NCBI GenBank assembly: GCA_040954595.2 | Contig: CM082583.2 | Location: forward strand, 11,297,656-11,361,655 | Length of the DNA stretch: 64,000 nucleotides | From: Balanoglossus misakiensis | Lineage: Eukaryota > Animalia > Hemichordata | Direction: 5' to 3' | Shown: positions 1 to 10,130 of the stretch, in pieces | Layout: every line of letters begins with the position of its first letter | How positions within the stretch are numbered: the first letter of the stretch is position 1 | Program-made: the position numbers and the translations under genes | The notes under the pieces: generated by a model | What the model saw: the letters and a program-made list of their open reading frames with translations, nothing else | Told to the model about the DNA's origin: nothing | Databases searched by the model: none

Positions 1-2
1 CG

Positions 3-365
3 GCTTCCAGACCAGTCCGTGACGCCCGCAGTCCGTATTACACGCCAGAGGAAGTCTGGCCGCGGGAACAGTTTCCACTCTACGTGGAAACACCAACGTA
101 CATTCTTTCGATGGATGTGGCGAAAAGGCTGAACTCGGTGGCCAGGACAACGCAGCCCACAATCTGGGAAGATGTTTTCGTTGGACTGTTGCTTCAGAAA
201 CTCAACATATGGAAGCCGGTGGCAGTCACTGGACTCGATTTCAAAGGCACGAAACGCGTCACCTGTGAATACAGCTCATCGCTCGCAACGGCGTTTTTCA
301 CTCCAAATCAAATGCGCACTTTCTGGCAGGAATTTAACGCGGATACCGTCTGCTCCGATCTATAA
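3..365 (+). CDS. Beta-1,3-galactosyltransferase-like (CAZy GT31) glycosyltransferase, C-terminal part only; the gene begins upstream of the window
   Basis: The frame is open from nt 3: ASRPVRDARSPYYTPEEVWPREQFPLYVETPTYILSMDVAKRL...WEDVFVGLLLQKLNI. This matches the GT31 pattern PxRD..SKWY..E.YP...YP.Y....Y..S.D.A and the catalytic EDV(Y/F)xG motif. Stop is at 363-365. Confidence 0.8.
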   Translation, partial: ASRPVRDARSPYYTPEEVWPREQFPLYVETPTYILSMDVAKRLNSVARTTQPTIWEDVFVGLLLQKLNIWKPVAVTGLDFKGTKRVTCEYSSSLATAFFTPNQMRTFWQEFNADTVCSDL

Positions 366-1029
366 AATCTGGTGAATGCCATGCAAAGTCAGTTAACTTT
401 GTTTTATTAATTCGTATTTTGCCCATAGGTAAAGTCCAAATCATGGTGTTGGCTATAAAGATTCAACAAAAATAAATTACCAGTTTTTTTCCCACAAGGA
501 AATAAAAAATATCACGCACTTAGTATTCCGAAAGGGGGACATATCCGCTCCATGTTTCAACAGACAAAGTAGTATAGTTCACGTGTAAACGGATTATCGT
601 TATGTTTTATGGAGTGATACTTTCAAATTCAAGTGTGCTAAGACTACCTTTGTCAATCTACGAATGTGCAATTTTAATAAATAAATCTTCACAATTTTAA
701 CATTGAGTTCATTCCCTGACGAACACGTACCCCTGACATGAAACTTTTCATCAGCGGTAGCTCCCGTTGATGCAGTTGCAGTAATTCTGAAGCTTGTTAG
801 GGCCTAAACCCAAAGCGACAACCACCATATTGCTTTTTTGAGGCCAAAAATGATGACGTCACTCATCATTTGAGTTACAATCGTTCTCATATTTGAATAC
901 ATCATCTCCATATCTACAACATAACTTCTCAGGGTGAGTTCTTTTTAGAGAATTTAATATTTGTTTGGGGAAAACATGATTGACCATGGTTGGGAGAGTA
1001 GTGCAGTGGAAGTGTGCTCGAACGACCCT

Positions 1030-1045
1030 TGACCTGCTTTGACCT
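1030..1045 (-). promoter_or_regulatory. Perfect nuclear-receptor direct repeat DR4 (AGGTCA-n4-AGGTCA)
   Basis: TGACCT-gctt-TGACCT ends 36 nt upstream of the KGD4 ATG. Motif match only. Confidence 0.3.
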
Positions 1046-1081
1046 CTGGAGTTCATAAATAACAAACAACTGCACTTCAAT

Positions 1082-1972
1082 ATGGCTTCTCAGACAACAA
1101 ATCGACTTCTGCAGGTAACGTTATTTTTATTCTGTGTGACGTAGAGTTCTTTTAAGAATTTGTCGTCGATAAATACAGTTACCACTTGCACTTTTGGCTG
1201 TGGCTCTTACGATAGCATGAACGACCTATTCTATTGGCATTTTTCGAACGGCATAAAATTTGAAACGATCATCTGATCATGGACGTCCATGATCTGATGA
1301 ACCGTTGGCTATCGTTCCTTGAGTTCAATTTATGTGTGTTAATGTTCCCTTTTCAGGTAGCAAGGCAACATGTTCCTTTGATCAAATTCCGTGGAGGTAA
1401 AAGGCCCCCACAGTATACAGGTAATGGAATGATACTGTTTTGTTTAAACTGCTCACATAAATATATCTGCATTTGACAAACAGGGCTGATGAATTTTCTC
1501 TAACTAGCTGGGGGAACATTCCAAGCACTGTCTGGTTTGTTGAATATTTCTGGATACCATGAACAGTATTCCTTGTTTTAACTTGACCAAGCTTACTTCT
1601 TGTTTTGCACAGTATAAAGATGTTGATAGAGTATTTTCTTCCCGCCAGCCCCTCAAAGGATAACAGTGCCACAGCAAATCAGGGTACCTGCACAGGCAAC
1701 CTCGTTTGTTGTCAAAGGAACAAGTATGCGGGGTAGTGGTATAGATCACAGACAGTTACCAGATAAATACAGACAGAAACCTTTGACAGCTGAAGACATT
1801 GAAGCTATTGAGGTATGATATAAAACATTTTACCTGGTTTATGTTCTCCAAATAGACAGCCTTTTGTATATTTGTTTGCTTGTCTTATTCCTTGCACAAG
1901 TAGTGCTAATACATCCTTAATTAACTCATACCTCACGCTTTTCTTTTACAGATGGGAGGAAATATGCCATAA
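1082..1972 (+). CDS. MRPS36: Alpha-ketoglutarate dehydrogenase component 4 (KGD4/MRPS36), 4 exons, 93 aa
   Basis: Exons 1082-1114, 1357-1420, 1649-1812 and 1952-1972 are all GT-AG and phase-compatible (282 nt). Protein MASQTTNRLLQVARQHVPLIKFRGG...LPDKYRQKPLTAEDIEAIEMGGNMP matches the family motifs H.PLI.F and LP.KYRR..(S/T).EE.E.I..GG. Confidence 0.88.
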
Positions 1973-2456
1973 TGCGGAGACCAGCAACACCATCACCTAC
2001 TACCCATCTTTTTTGTCCGGATTTTTTTCCATTTGGGTTTCAAGCTTCAATACTCGAGATTTCACCTTAGGAAATACCCAACTGAGCCATATTGAATTGT
2101 CACAAAATGTTTGATGTTTTCTTTCCACCATCCTTTCTGATTGCTGATCGTTTCTGAAAACAATAAACAGGTTGCAATAAATCAGCCATCTCACTGTAAT
2201 TTTACTAATGGTGAAGTTATGCTTCTGTCTGTAGGCATCATTGCTTTTCAAGACACCATTGAGCTGTCGTTTATTTTGTACATAGTTTATTTTGTGATTG
2301 TGATTTGTGTTGTTTGAATAAAATCCAACAACTCTATAATTTCACAAAAAGAGTGTCTCGCTGTTTTTATCCATATGACAGTCAAACCTGGATAGATAGA
2401 AAAAACAAACGGGCAATAATTCCCACCACAGGCGGCGTTTTAAAGGGAACCCCAAA

Positions 2457-2474
2457 CTCCCAGGATGCACCGGT
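2457..2474 (+). promoter_or_regulatory. STAF/ZNF143-type binding site in the NEIL1 promoter
   Basis: CTCCCAGGATGCACCGG resembles the SBS consensus YYCCCANNATGCMYYRCR, about 110 nt upstream of the NEIL1 ATG. Confidence 0.4.
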
Positions 2475-2586
2475 GTAAACAAGGTTTACATAAGAAGTCA
2501 GCGAAATCTGAATGTTGTCAAAAGCGTGTTGCTTCATATCTTGAAGTTTTCGTCTGCTCCTTCAAAAACGAGTGTTGTCTAACGTC

Positions 2587-4647
2587 ATGCCAGAAGGACC
2601 AGAACTGCACATAGCAAGTCGTTTCGTGAACAATATATGTCGCGATCGAATCTTCACTGGGAAAGTAGTCAAGTCAGAAGTTTCGAAAAGTGAAGATGTC
2701 TCTTTCGAAGCAAAAGCTTACACAATCACTGCCGCCTCACGTGGTAAAGAAATGCAGCTCATTCTTTCGAACCACGGAGACTTTAAAAACAAGAAAGACT
2801 CGAAGAAAAAGAAACCTTTATTGACAGAATCGTTGAAAATCCTCTTTCGATTTGGTATGTCTGGCAAATTCCAATTCACCCCTTCGGACGAGATTCCAAA
2901 ACATTCCCACCTCAGATTCTTCACAAATGACAAACCACCAATGGTGCTGAGTTTTGTTGACGTCAGACGTTTCGGCAGATGGGAGGTGGGTGCTGATTGG
3001 TCGCCACAGAGAGGACCAGACCCCATGTTCCAATACCAGGATTTCAGGTACGTGTGTAGTCCAGGAGATAACTTGAATAAGTTGATATATCCTTTCCATC
3101 AGTACCTGCATTACCTGTTTTCATGTGTTATCAATAATCAAACATGTTCTTTTTAGGTCCTACCTTAAAAAATATTTATCATTACAGGACAAATGTCATC
3201 AAGAACCTGTCAAATTCCAGTTTTAATAAACCCATCTGTGAGGCACTGCTGGACCAGAAATATTTCAACGGAATTGGAAATTACCTCAGGGCAGAAATAT
3301 TATACAGGTAAATCAAGTTGAAGATCATGGTGTTCATATGAACGGTTAGGTACTACCACAGTTCTGTTGTAATTTAAAAGTGTCACATGGGACAGCACAA
3401 GTACTTGCATATTCAAACTGATCATCAACATTTTATCTTTTTTTTCCCCAGATCACAAATACCCCCATTTTCTAAAGCAAGAACTGTCTTAGAAGGACTT
3501 CCCGAGATACCGCCCGACACGAAAGTGAAAGACAATATGGATCTGCTTCATCTTTGTCATGTAGTGCCATTGGAAGTAATCAACCTCAAAGGTAATGGAT
3601 TTACATGTACCGGTAATATAACTTTTGACCGGCATAATCATCGGGTGTGTCTACTTACCATATACTGGCTGTAGAAACACGTAGGGATAAGACAACAACC
3701 GTGAGTAACAGACTTGTAATAATTCTTGTTGAATGATTTTAAGGGGAAATACATTTTTTTTTTTGCTTTTCTGCCAGGTTCCACAGGTTTTAATCCAGAT
3801 GGCAAAGCGCTTGATTATGACGTATTCGAGAATTGGCTCCAGTGCTACTATCAGCCTGATATGAACAACTTAGTAGACAGCAAAGGAAGGACTGTCTGGT
3901 TCAAAGGACCTGCAGGACCAATGGCACCAAAAGGTAGAAAGCCCTAAAATGTCATTGTATTGTACATTATTTAAAGAGCTTTGAATTCTTCATCTGATTA
4001 TAATTTAGTCCATTTTGCAGCCCAGCTGCAGTGCCAGGATCTAGCTCGATGTTTTATACGGTACACTGATCGATCATCTGTTTGTTGATACAGGAGCTAA
4101 GACGCGAGGAGCGAAGAAATCGAAGAAGAGAAAGAGTGACACTGACGATACAGCAGAGGAGGTGACGACAAAAGCCCCAAGAATCAAGAAGAAGGTGGCC
4201 GCAAAACCAAAGGTGAAAGCTGACACAGAGGTTGGGGTCAAAGGTCATGTCAGGCTAACCAGGTCAAAGGTTGCTGAGACACTTGCCAGAAATGCTGCTC
4301 CAGCCAACGGGGGTGTTGCAAGTGAACGAAAACGAAAAGCAAGCCAAGCTGCAGGAACTTCGACACCTGCAAAGAAAGTTATAAAAGCCAAGACAAAGAG
4401 AAACCAAACCGGTAAGTATGTGCAGTTGATTATCCACACACATAATTTTTGCCCCAAATTACTGAAGATAATGAAGTCCTGTATTTTCATGGATCTTAGA
4501 GAATATTTCTGTAACTAATATATTATCAATTTGTTCCATATCTCCTTTCCAGAGACAAGTGCTAAAACTGCACGCTTATCCAAGACCCCACAGGCACACA
4601 CAGTAAAAGACTCCAAGCAGAAAAAGCTGTCCAGGAGAAAAAGATGA
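2587..4647 (+). CDS. NEIL1: Endonuclease VIII-like 1 DNA glycosylase, 6 exons, 429 aa
   Basis: Exons 2587-3047, 3188-3307, 3452-3591, 3778-3933, 4094-4411 and 4553-4647 total 1290 nt in frame. Motifs: N-terminal MPEGPEL (catalytic Pro2/Glu3), FRFGMSG, FVDVRRFG, H2TH LLDQKYFNGIGNYLRAEILYR, zincless finger GRTVWFKG, and a basic disordered tail. Confidence 0.96.
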
Positions 4648-5138
4648 AGGAAATCCCTCACAGTGTATTTTAAATGCTGCCAATCCATCGGCGGGGTTGA
4701 TGGACTATTCCGGCTTACTTAGGGAAGACATGTCCCACGGACTGAGGAATGGATTTGTCATATTCTGGAAACCATTTTATGCTACTGACATGAAGTTTAC
4801 AGATTGGGATTGACAAAAGTTTTTCAGTCCCAAAGCTGCATAAAAAGGTGGATTCCAGATTGACAAAAACATGTGTAAATTACCAAATTTTGTATTTTGC
4901 CAACTATTTTTGTATCACATTTATAACTTATGCTGCTTTTACAACTTGTAAAATAGGGTATGCTGCTACAAACTGCAAAATATGTATACCCCATACTTTT
5001 AGAGAATAAAGAAATGAAGTATGAAAGTGACATAATCACATTTATCCTTTTATTACCTTGCCTATGAAAAATACTACAGAGTCAAGTCTGTAGTTTTCAA
5101 GCAAAGGCACAGTGCCTTTCCAGTCTATATGTTTATAT

Positions 5139-6476
5139 CTACACGCTCTCTATTGCCAAAGTTTCTGGGTTTTCACCAAGTGATGGCACCTTATTAACTG
5201 CCGTACCCTGAAGCAGCAAATTCGTCACCTTAATTTTCCAGGTGTTTTGAGGTTCAATGTCACGAATCAGTCCAAAGGTCTGTTCAAACACACCAACACA
5301 GTTGTCTTTCTGGTGCACTATGCCACAGACAGTCACCAGCACAAGTCCATGTTTGTTCTCTTTCGCTTGCACTCCTGATTTCCCAATATTCGGATTGAAG
5401 AGCAGCTGCTCCGTTTTCACAAAATCCAGAAACCTCGCAGCGACCAAGACGCTGCCTTCATACTCGTCCATCTTCTGCTGGCCTGCAGTCTGAGCTAGCA
5501 CTTTCAGCTTCACGTTGGCCCAGAAGTGATGGGGACCCCACTCGTCGCTGGGCTGCCTTGCCGAGGCTGGGTTGTGGGAATTCAACATGTTGTAGAACCA
5601 CTTGGTGAACTGTTCGCCCAATTCCTGGAGTGTGTCTTGGCCTGCTGTCTGCGACGCAACCTGTTGTGGTGGTTGCCGGGTTTGGACTGTTGTTGTGTTT
5701 GTCGCAGGGAGTCCCGTGGGTTGCGACGGCGGGGTGTGGCCTGTGGCTGTGTTTGTGGCCGGGACTCTCGTCTGTTGCGACGGTGGGGTGTGGAAAACAT
5801 TTGTTACATTAACTACAATCGGTTGAGGATGCACACTTCCCTGTTGTGGTTGTCGCTGTGACTGATGCTGTGGAGGTCGGGCCAGGTCATCATCCTGCAG
5901 AGGAACGCACACCAACAGATGCGGTTTATAGCCTTACATGTAAAATTTTGAGAAAACACTGAGTTGAGAAAGTAATTACTGAAGTCTGTTACCTCCATAT
6001 CCATCAATGCAATGTCCCCGATGACTTGCCGACCCCACAGATGCAGGATCAGTCTTATGAGGGCCTGTTTATCTTGTGATGGGAACACATTGACATTCTG
6101 ACCAGAGAGATAGTTAAACAAATGATCCTTTTTCAATTTCCTTCTTCGTAGGAGCTGAACGGCATTTTCACTGTGGGCAATGATTGCTGTTATTGCTTCT
6201 GTGTTGAGATAAAGACAACGACATTATTACCATCTCTTAGGCCAAAATATACTCATGTTTACTCTTCCAAATGTATTTTTTTGTTCTACATATGTATGAG
6301 CTGTCCTTATCAAGTTGAAAACATATATTTTACTTGCCCCTTCTGGTCCCAACTTGTACAAGTCGGTTTGTCACAGTGTCTGCAAGAGACAGAAGCTCAT
6401 CGCTTGTCAAGTAATTAAGCAGGACTGCAAAACCCTCTCTCTCTTTCTGGGTCAATCCTCTGGCAGCCATTGCCAT
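5139..6476 (-). CDS. C3orf38: C3orf38 homologue (NTF2-like C-terminal domain), 3 coding exons, about 366 aa
   Basis: Exons 6476-6338, 6198-5993 and 5894-5139 total 1101 nt; intron 1 has a GC donor. Motifs LSLADTVTNRLV, LLRRRKLKKDHLFNYL, LGEQFTKWFYNMLNS, WGPHHFW and VGVFEQTFGLIRD...NTWKIK match recalled C3orf38 sequence. Confidence 0.88.
5686..5792 (-). repeat. In-frame 54-bp tandem duplication within the C3orf38 linker
   Basis: Encodes HTPPSQQTRVPATNTATG followed by HTPPSQPTGLPATNTTTV. Confidence 0.75.
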
Positions 6477-6668
6477 GGTTTTGGTTATTTCTCCCACATC
6501 TGTCCAAAGGAAGGTAGTGGGAAAAGTGATGCGAATGAACATTAGGTCTTCTCAACACAATGTGTTGATGGTGACTATTGAGCAAAATTGATACTTGTGT
6601 GCAATTACTTGTAGTTGACGAACACATTATTACATGTACTTTCAATTTTTCATGTTTTCAGTTTGCTG

Positions 6669-6733
6669 CGAGTCCGTAGCCCCGACTTCCCCGTCTGAAG
6701 GTTGTTAGGGGAAGGGGGCGGGGCTACGACTCG
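6669..6733. repeat. GC-rich imperfect palindrome (MITE-like hairpin)
   Basis: The left arm CGAGTCCGTAGCCCCGACTTCCCC pairs with the right arm GGGGAAGGGGGCGGGGCTACGACTCG around a loop of about 15 nt. Confidence 0.7.
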
Positions 6734-7281
6734 TCGAAGGACAACTGGAGCTGGAACACACATGTCAATGTCGTTTACCTGACAGCAGAGAACTTATTCA
6801 ACCAGCTTCCTAAATCATTCTTTAAAATCCGATTTGTTAACCTTTCTTCCGCTTAGAATGTGATCATCTGGATGATCCCGCACCGCGTGTACACACTGCA
6901 GCTGTGTTGTGTTGACCTCAGCGACCTTTCGCTTTCTCGCCATGACGTCACATCCTGCTATTTTTAATCGCCCTCAACGTCGACGTATTATTTTGGAGGC
7001 GACGAAGTATTAAAAGAGATGCGGTTTACGTAAGGTAACGCCATCAGATGGCAGACTCTGCCACGGGAGAAATTTGTTCAAATCTCGCGTGTCAACACTG
7101 ACTGTGCAAATATATACGCTGGACTTTGCATCTCAACACATTCTGTGGTCAGCAGCACTCACTACACTTAGGCCAGAAGCACTGGGCGAAATATCGGCTG
7201 AAGTTACTTCATAATCATATCTACAATAGACGGTTTTCAGTTTTTGTCTCAAAATCGACTTTTTGTCTACCAAGCTATAAG

Positions 7282-7695
7282 ATGGCTGACTTCATTTTTG
7301 CTGGCAAGTGGCAGATGCACCGCTCGGAAAACTTCGAAGAGTACCTGGAAGCCATAGGCTTAGCCTCCGAAGAGGAACGCAAACGTGCCGCTTCTGTGAC
7401 CCCGGTTCTCGAGGGCTCGGTCGAGGGCGACTTGTGGGTCTTCAAGACCACCGTGGCGCCGGGGAGAGTGTTCGTCAACAAGTACAAGCTTGGAGAAGTC
7501 AGCGAACAAATCACCAAACCTAACGGCGAAGGTAGAAAAGTCATCGCCAGAATGGAAGGTGACAGTTTTGTTGCTCGGCCAGTCGACCCGAACGACAAGT
7601 ACGTGCAGACAAGACGGATAGAGAACGGCGAGCTGGTGTTCATTTTCGAAGTAGGAGACGTCGTCTGCAAGAGATACTTCAAGAAAATTGATTGA
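7282..7695 (+). CDS. Fatty-acid-binding protein (iLBP/FABP family), single coding exon, 137 aa
   Basis: MADFIFAGKWQMHRSENFEEYLEAIG carries the FABP signature GxW....SENF..Y..A.G. The C-terminus QTRRIENGELVFIFEVGDVVCKRYFKK also fits. AATAAA is at about 7808. Confidence 0.92.
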   Translation: MADFIFAGKWQMHRSENFEEYLEAIGLASEEERKRAASVTPVLEGSVEGDLWVFKTTVAPGRVFVNKYKLGEVSEQITKPNGEGRKVIARMEGDSFVARPVDPNDKYVQTRRIENGELVFIFEVGDVVCKRYFKKID

Positions 7696-8128
7696 AAGAG
7701 AAATCTTCACTTGGCGTTTCTTGGGTGAAAATCTGAGATGAGAAACAAGAACGTATCAAGAACACTTTTCCACAAATCTCGAGCTGTATTTCTCAATATC
7801 TGTATGAAATAAATCACTGCGTACATGTTGACTTACCATACCTTGTTCGTGTGTGTGAGTGCGTCACTTTATAATCGTCTATTTTCTGTAAAAAGCCCAT
7901 CAGAAATAGGGCATGTATGTATTGGTCACACTTCGGGTGGTGAACAGTTGGCCACGAGTTCTTATGTCACTTAATTATTGACGCATAATAAAATGCCGAA
8001 TTTGACTGGTCAACTGATTAAAACAGTTTGCACTTCATTTGCATTTTGGTCCTGGCACTATACGTAACGGAAAATCACAACGCGGCACGGTTTCGCCAAA
8101 AAGTTGTCTCTCTCTCTATCAAACCATC

Positions 8129-9019
8129 ATGAATCCTCCAGGCCTTCCCGGGTTCTCTCCCTACAACGAGGAGTACGGGTGCAATGTATTCCTGCACAAA
8201 GGATTTCCCCTGCCACCTGGAATAACGGAGAAGCGGGTCCAAGAACTGGTGGAGTTCGAGGTGAGGGACGACGACGTATTCGTGGTCGGTTACCCGAAGT
8301 CGGGTACAAATTGGCTGCAAATTGCTGTGGCACGCATGAGTGATGAATGGGGTACGTGTAAGATATCTGAGAAGGGGCGAGTGCCTATCTTGGAGCTGCC
8401 TGGGCAACCCGCACTTGAAGGCTTTGAAAGATGCGTTGAGTCGCCGTCGCCGCGACTCATAAAAAGCCACCTGCCGCTGAAGTATTTTCCACCAAAGCGG
8501 GCAGAGAAAAAGTGCAAAGTGGTCTACATCGCCAGAAACCCGAAAGATATCTGCGTTTCCTGGTATAACATGAACAGGGCTTTCGCGCCGATTAACTTCT
8601 CGTTGTCGTTCGACCAGTACGTCGAAAGATTCGTTCAGGGCAAGGTGTTCTATTCATCCTACGCCGACCACGTCGTTGATTGGCGAAAACTCGGCCTGAA
8701 TGACAACGTACTACACGTCACCTACGAAGAAATGAAAATGGATGTTGTCGGAGTACTGAAGAAAATAACAGCGTTTGTCGGAAAGTCGACCAACGACGAA
8801 GACGTACGGAAGATAGCCGACTCGATATCTTTCGACAAAATGAAAGACAGTCGCGAACAGTACAACGTAGCGACGCTTGACGAGAAAGCATCGCCATTCC
8901 TCCGTAAAGGCACCATAGGCGACTGGAAAAGGCACTTAACAGTCGCACAAAGCGAGCTTTTTGATCGGGAAATTGGAAAAGCACTGCAAGACCAAGAAAT
9001 CAACATGATATATGAGTGA
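8129..9019 (+). CDS. Cytosolic PAPS-dependent sulfotransferase (SULT1-like), single coding exon, 296 aa
   Basis: 5'-PSB loop YPKSGTNW, catalytic His in PRLIKSHLP, 3'-PB motif RNPKDICVS, C-terminal RKGTIGDWK and the dimerisation motif K...TVAQSE. Confidence 0.95.
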   Translation: MNPPGLPGFSPYNEEYGCNVFLHKGFPLPPGITEKRVQELVEFEVRDDDVFVVGYPKSGTNWLQIAVARMSDEWGTCKISEKGRVPILELPGQPALEGFERCVESPSPRLIKSHLPLKYFPPKRAEKKCKVVYIARNPKDICVSWYNMNRAFAPINFSLSFDQYVERFVQGKVFYSSYADHVVDWRKLGLNDNVLHVTYEEMKMDVVGVLKKITAFVGKSTNDEDVRKIADSISFDKMKDSREQYNVATLDEKASPFLRKGTIGDWKRHLTVAQSELFDREIGKALQDQEINMIYE

Positions 9020-10130
9020 CGTGCCATCGAGTTTTGCCACAATTACCCCTGGTTACATGTAACATTTCAACTATCGTTACAAGCCACGGAACTTATAATA
9101 GAGTTGCTGATTTTTTTCTATAATTTGTTGATATGAGTATACAGACTAGAACGTGCAAGCTTTACAGTGTGGAAAAACTGAATGTTCTTGGAATTAAACG
9201 GAAATAAAATGTCAATATATTTTATCATTACATATAATAATGTAACTCAACTATTTTGCGTAATATTTCAACATTTGTAGTTTTTGCCACGAGAAAACGT
9301 TCTAAAGTATATGAACCGATTTTGTGCTGTTTCGTGTAGCTCGAGTTATTCTTAAATTCTTTGCGTCCTCCGGATAATGTATGGCGTGTCTTCAAAAATT
9401 CAATAAATTCTAAGTACTTAAAAATCATACATGTATACTCAACGTGGTTTGTTGTACGAGTCAGTCTGACACTACAATCGCATTGAATGGGAACTTATAA
9501 AGTATGAGTACAGTCGAATGTGGTATGAGTCAAAAGATCGAAAACTTCGATGGGTATGTAAATTATGAGATTTACACGCACACTGATATTATTTCGGCGG
9601 GGTATTCTTTGCCTAAATAAATTTAACCCGCTTTTATCTCCAGCCCGGATGAGGATTTTTCGCGATAAGGGGAAAACTTGGCCAGATGATAGTGTGATTC
9701 TGTCGTGCAGAGGTGCCGCCAGGATTCATGATTAGAGGCGGGAGACCAGGGTCTGTAGCAGCGCAATCAAAACGATTTTATTGATCTGTCATCACATTCT
9801 TTTTTATAAACACACAGATCTGACAGCCTACATAACTCAGTTTACATTTAATCACATGACACCTTCGCGTAATCAGCGTTTCATAATTAGGTGAAGATCA
9901 CTATCATTTTTATAACTCTGTTTGCTCGAGGTCAAATGGACTTGTATTCACTAGGTGAAAGGCAACAGCTGAACGCCTAAAATAAGGCAAACACCATTTA
10001 TATATGTAACTTATACGCAGCATGGTATAAACACACATGGCCTTGTCCCATCCCGGGGTCCCCACCCCTAAGACTATAGCGCCCTCCGACGATGACTCGG
10101 CATTACCCAGGTTACACTGCAAAATTCAAC

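Noticed and set aside
7275-9042. Several antisense and alternate-frame ORFs over FABP and SULT
   Set aside because: They are shadow ORFs of GC-rich coding sequence with no motifs or independent signals.
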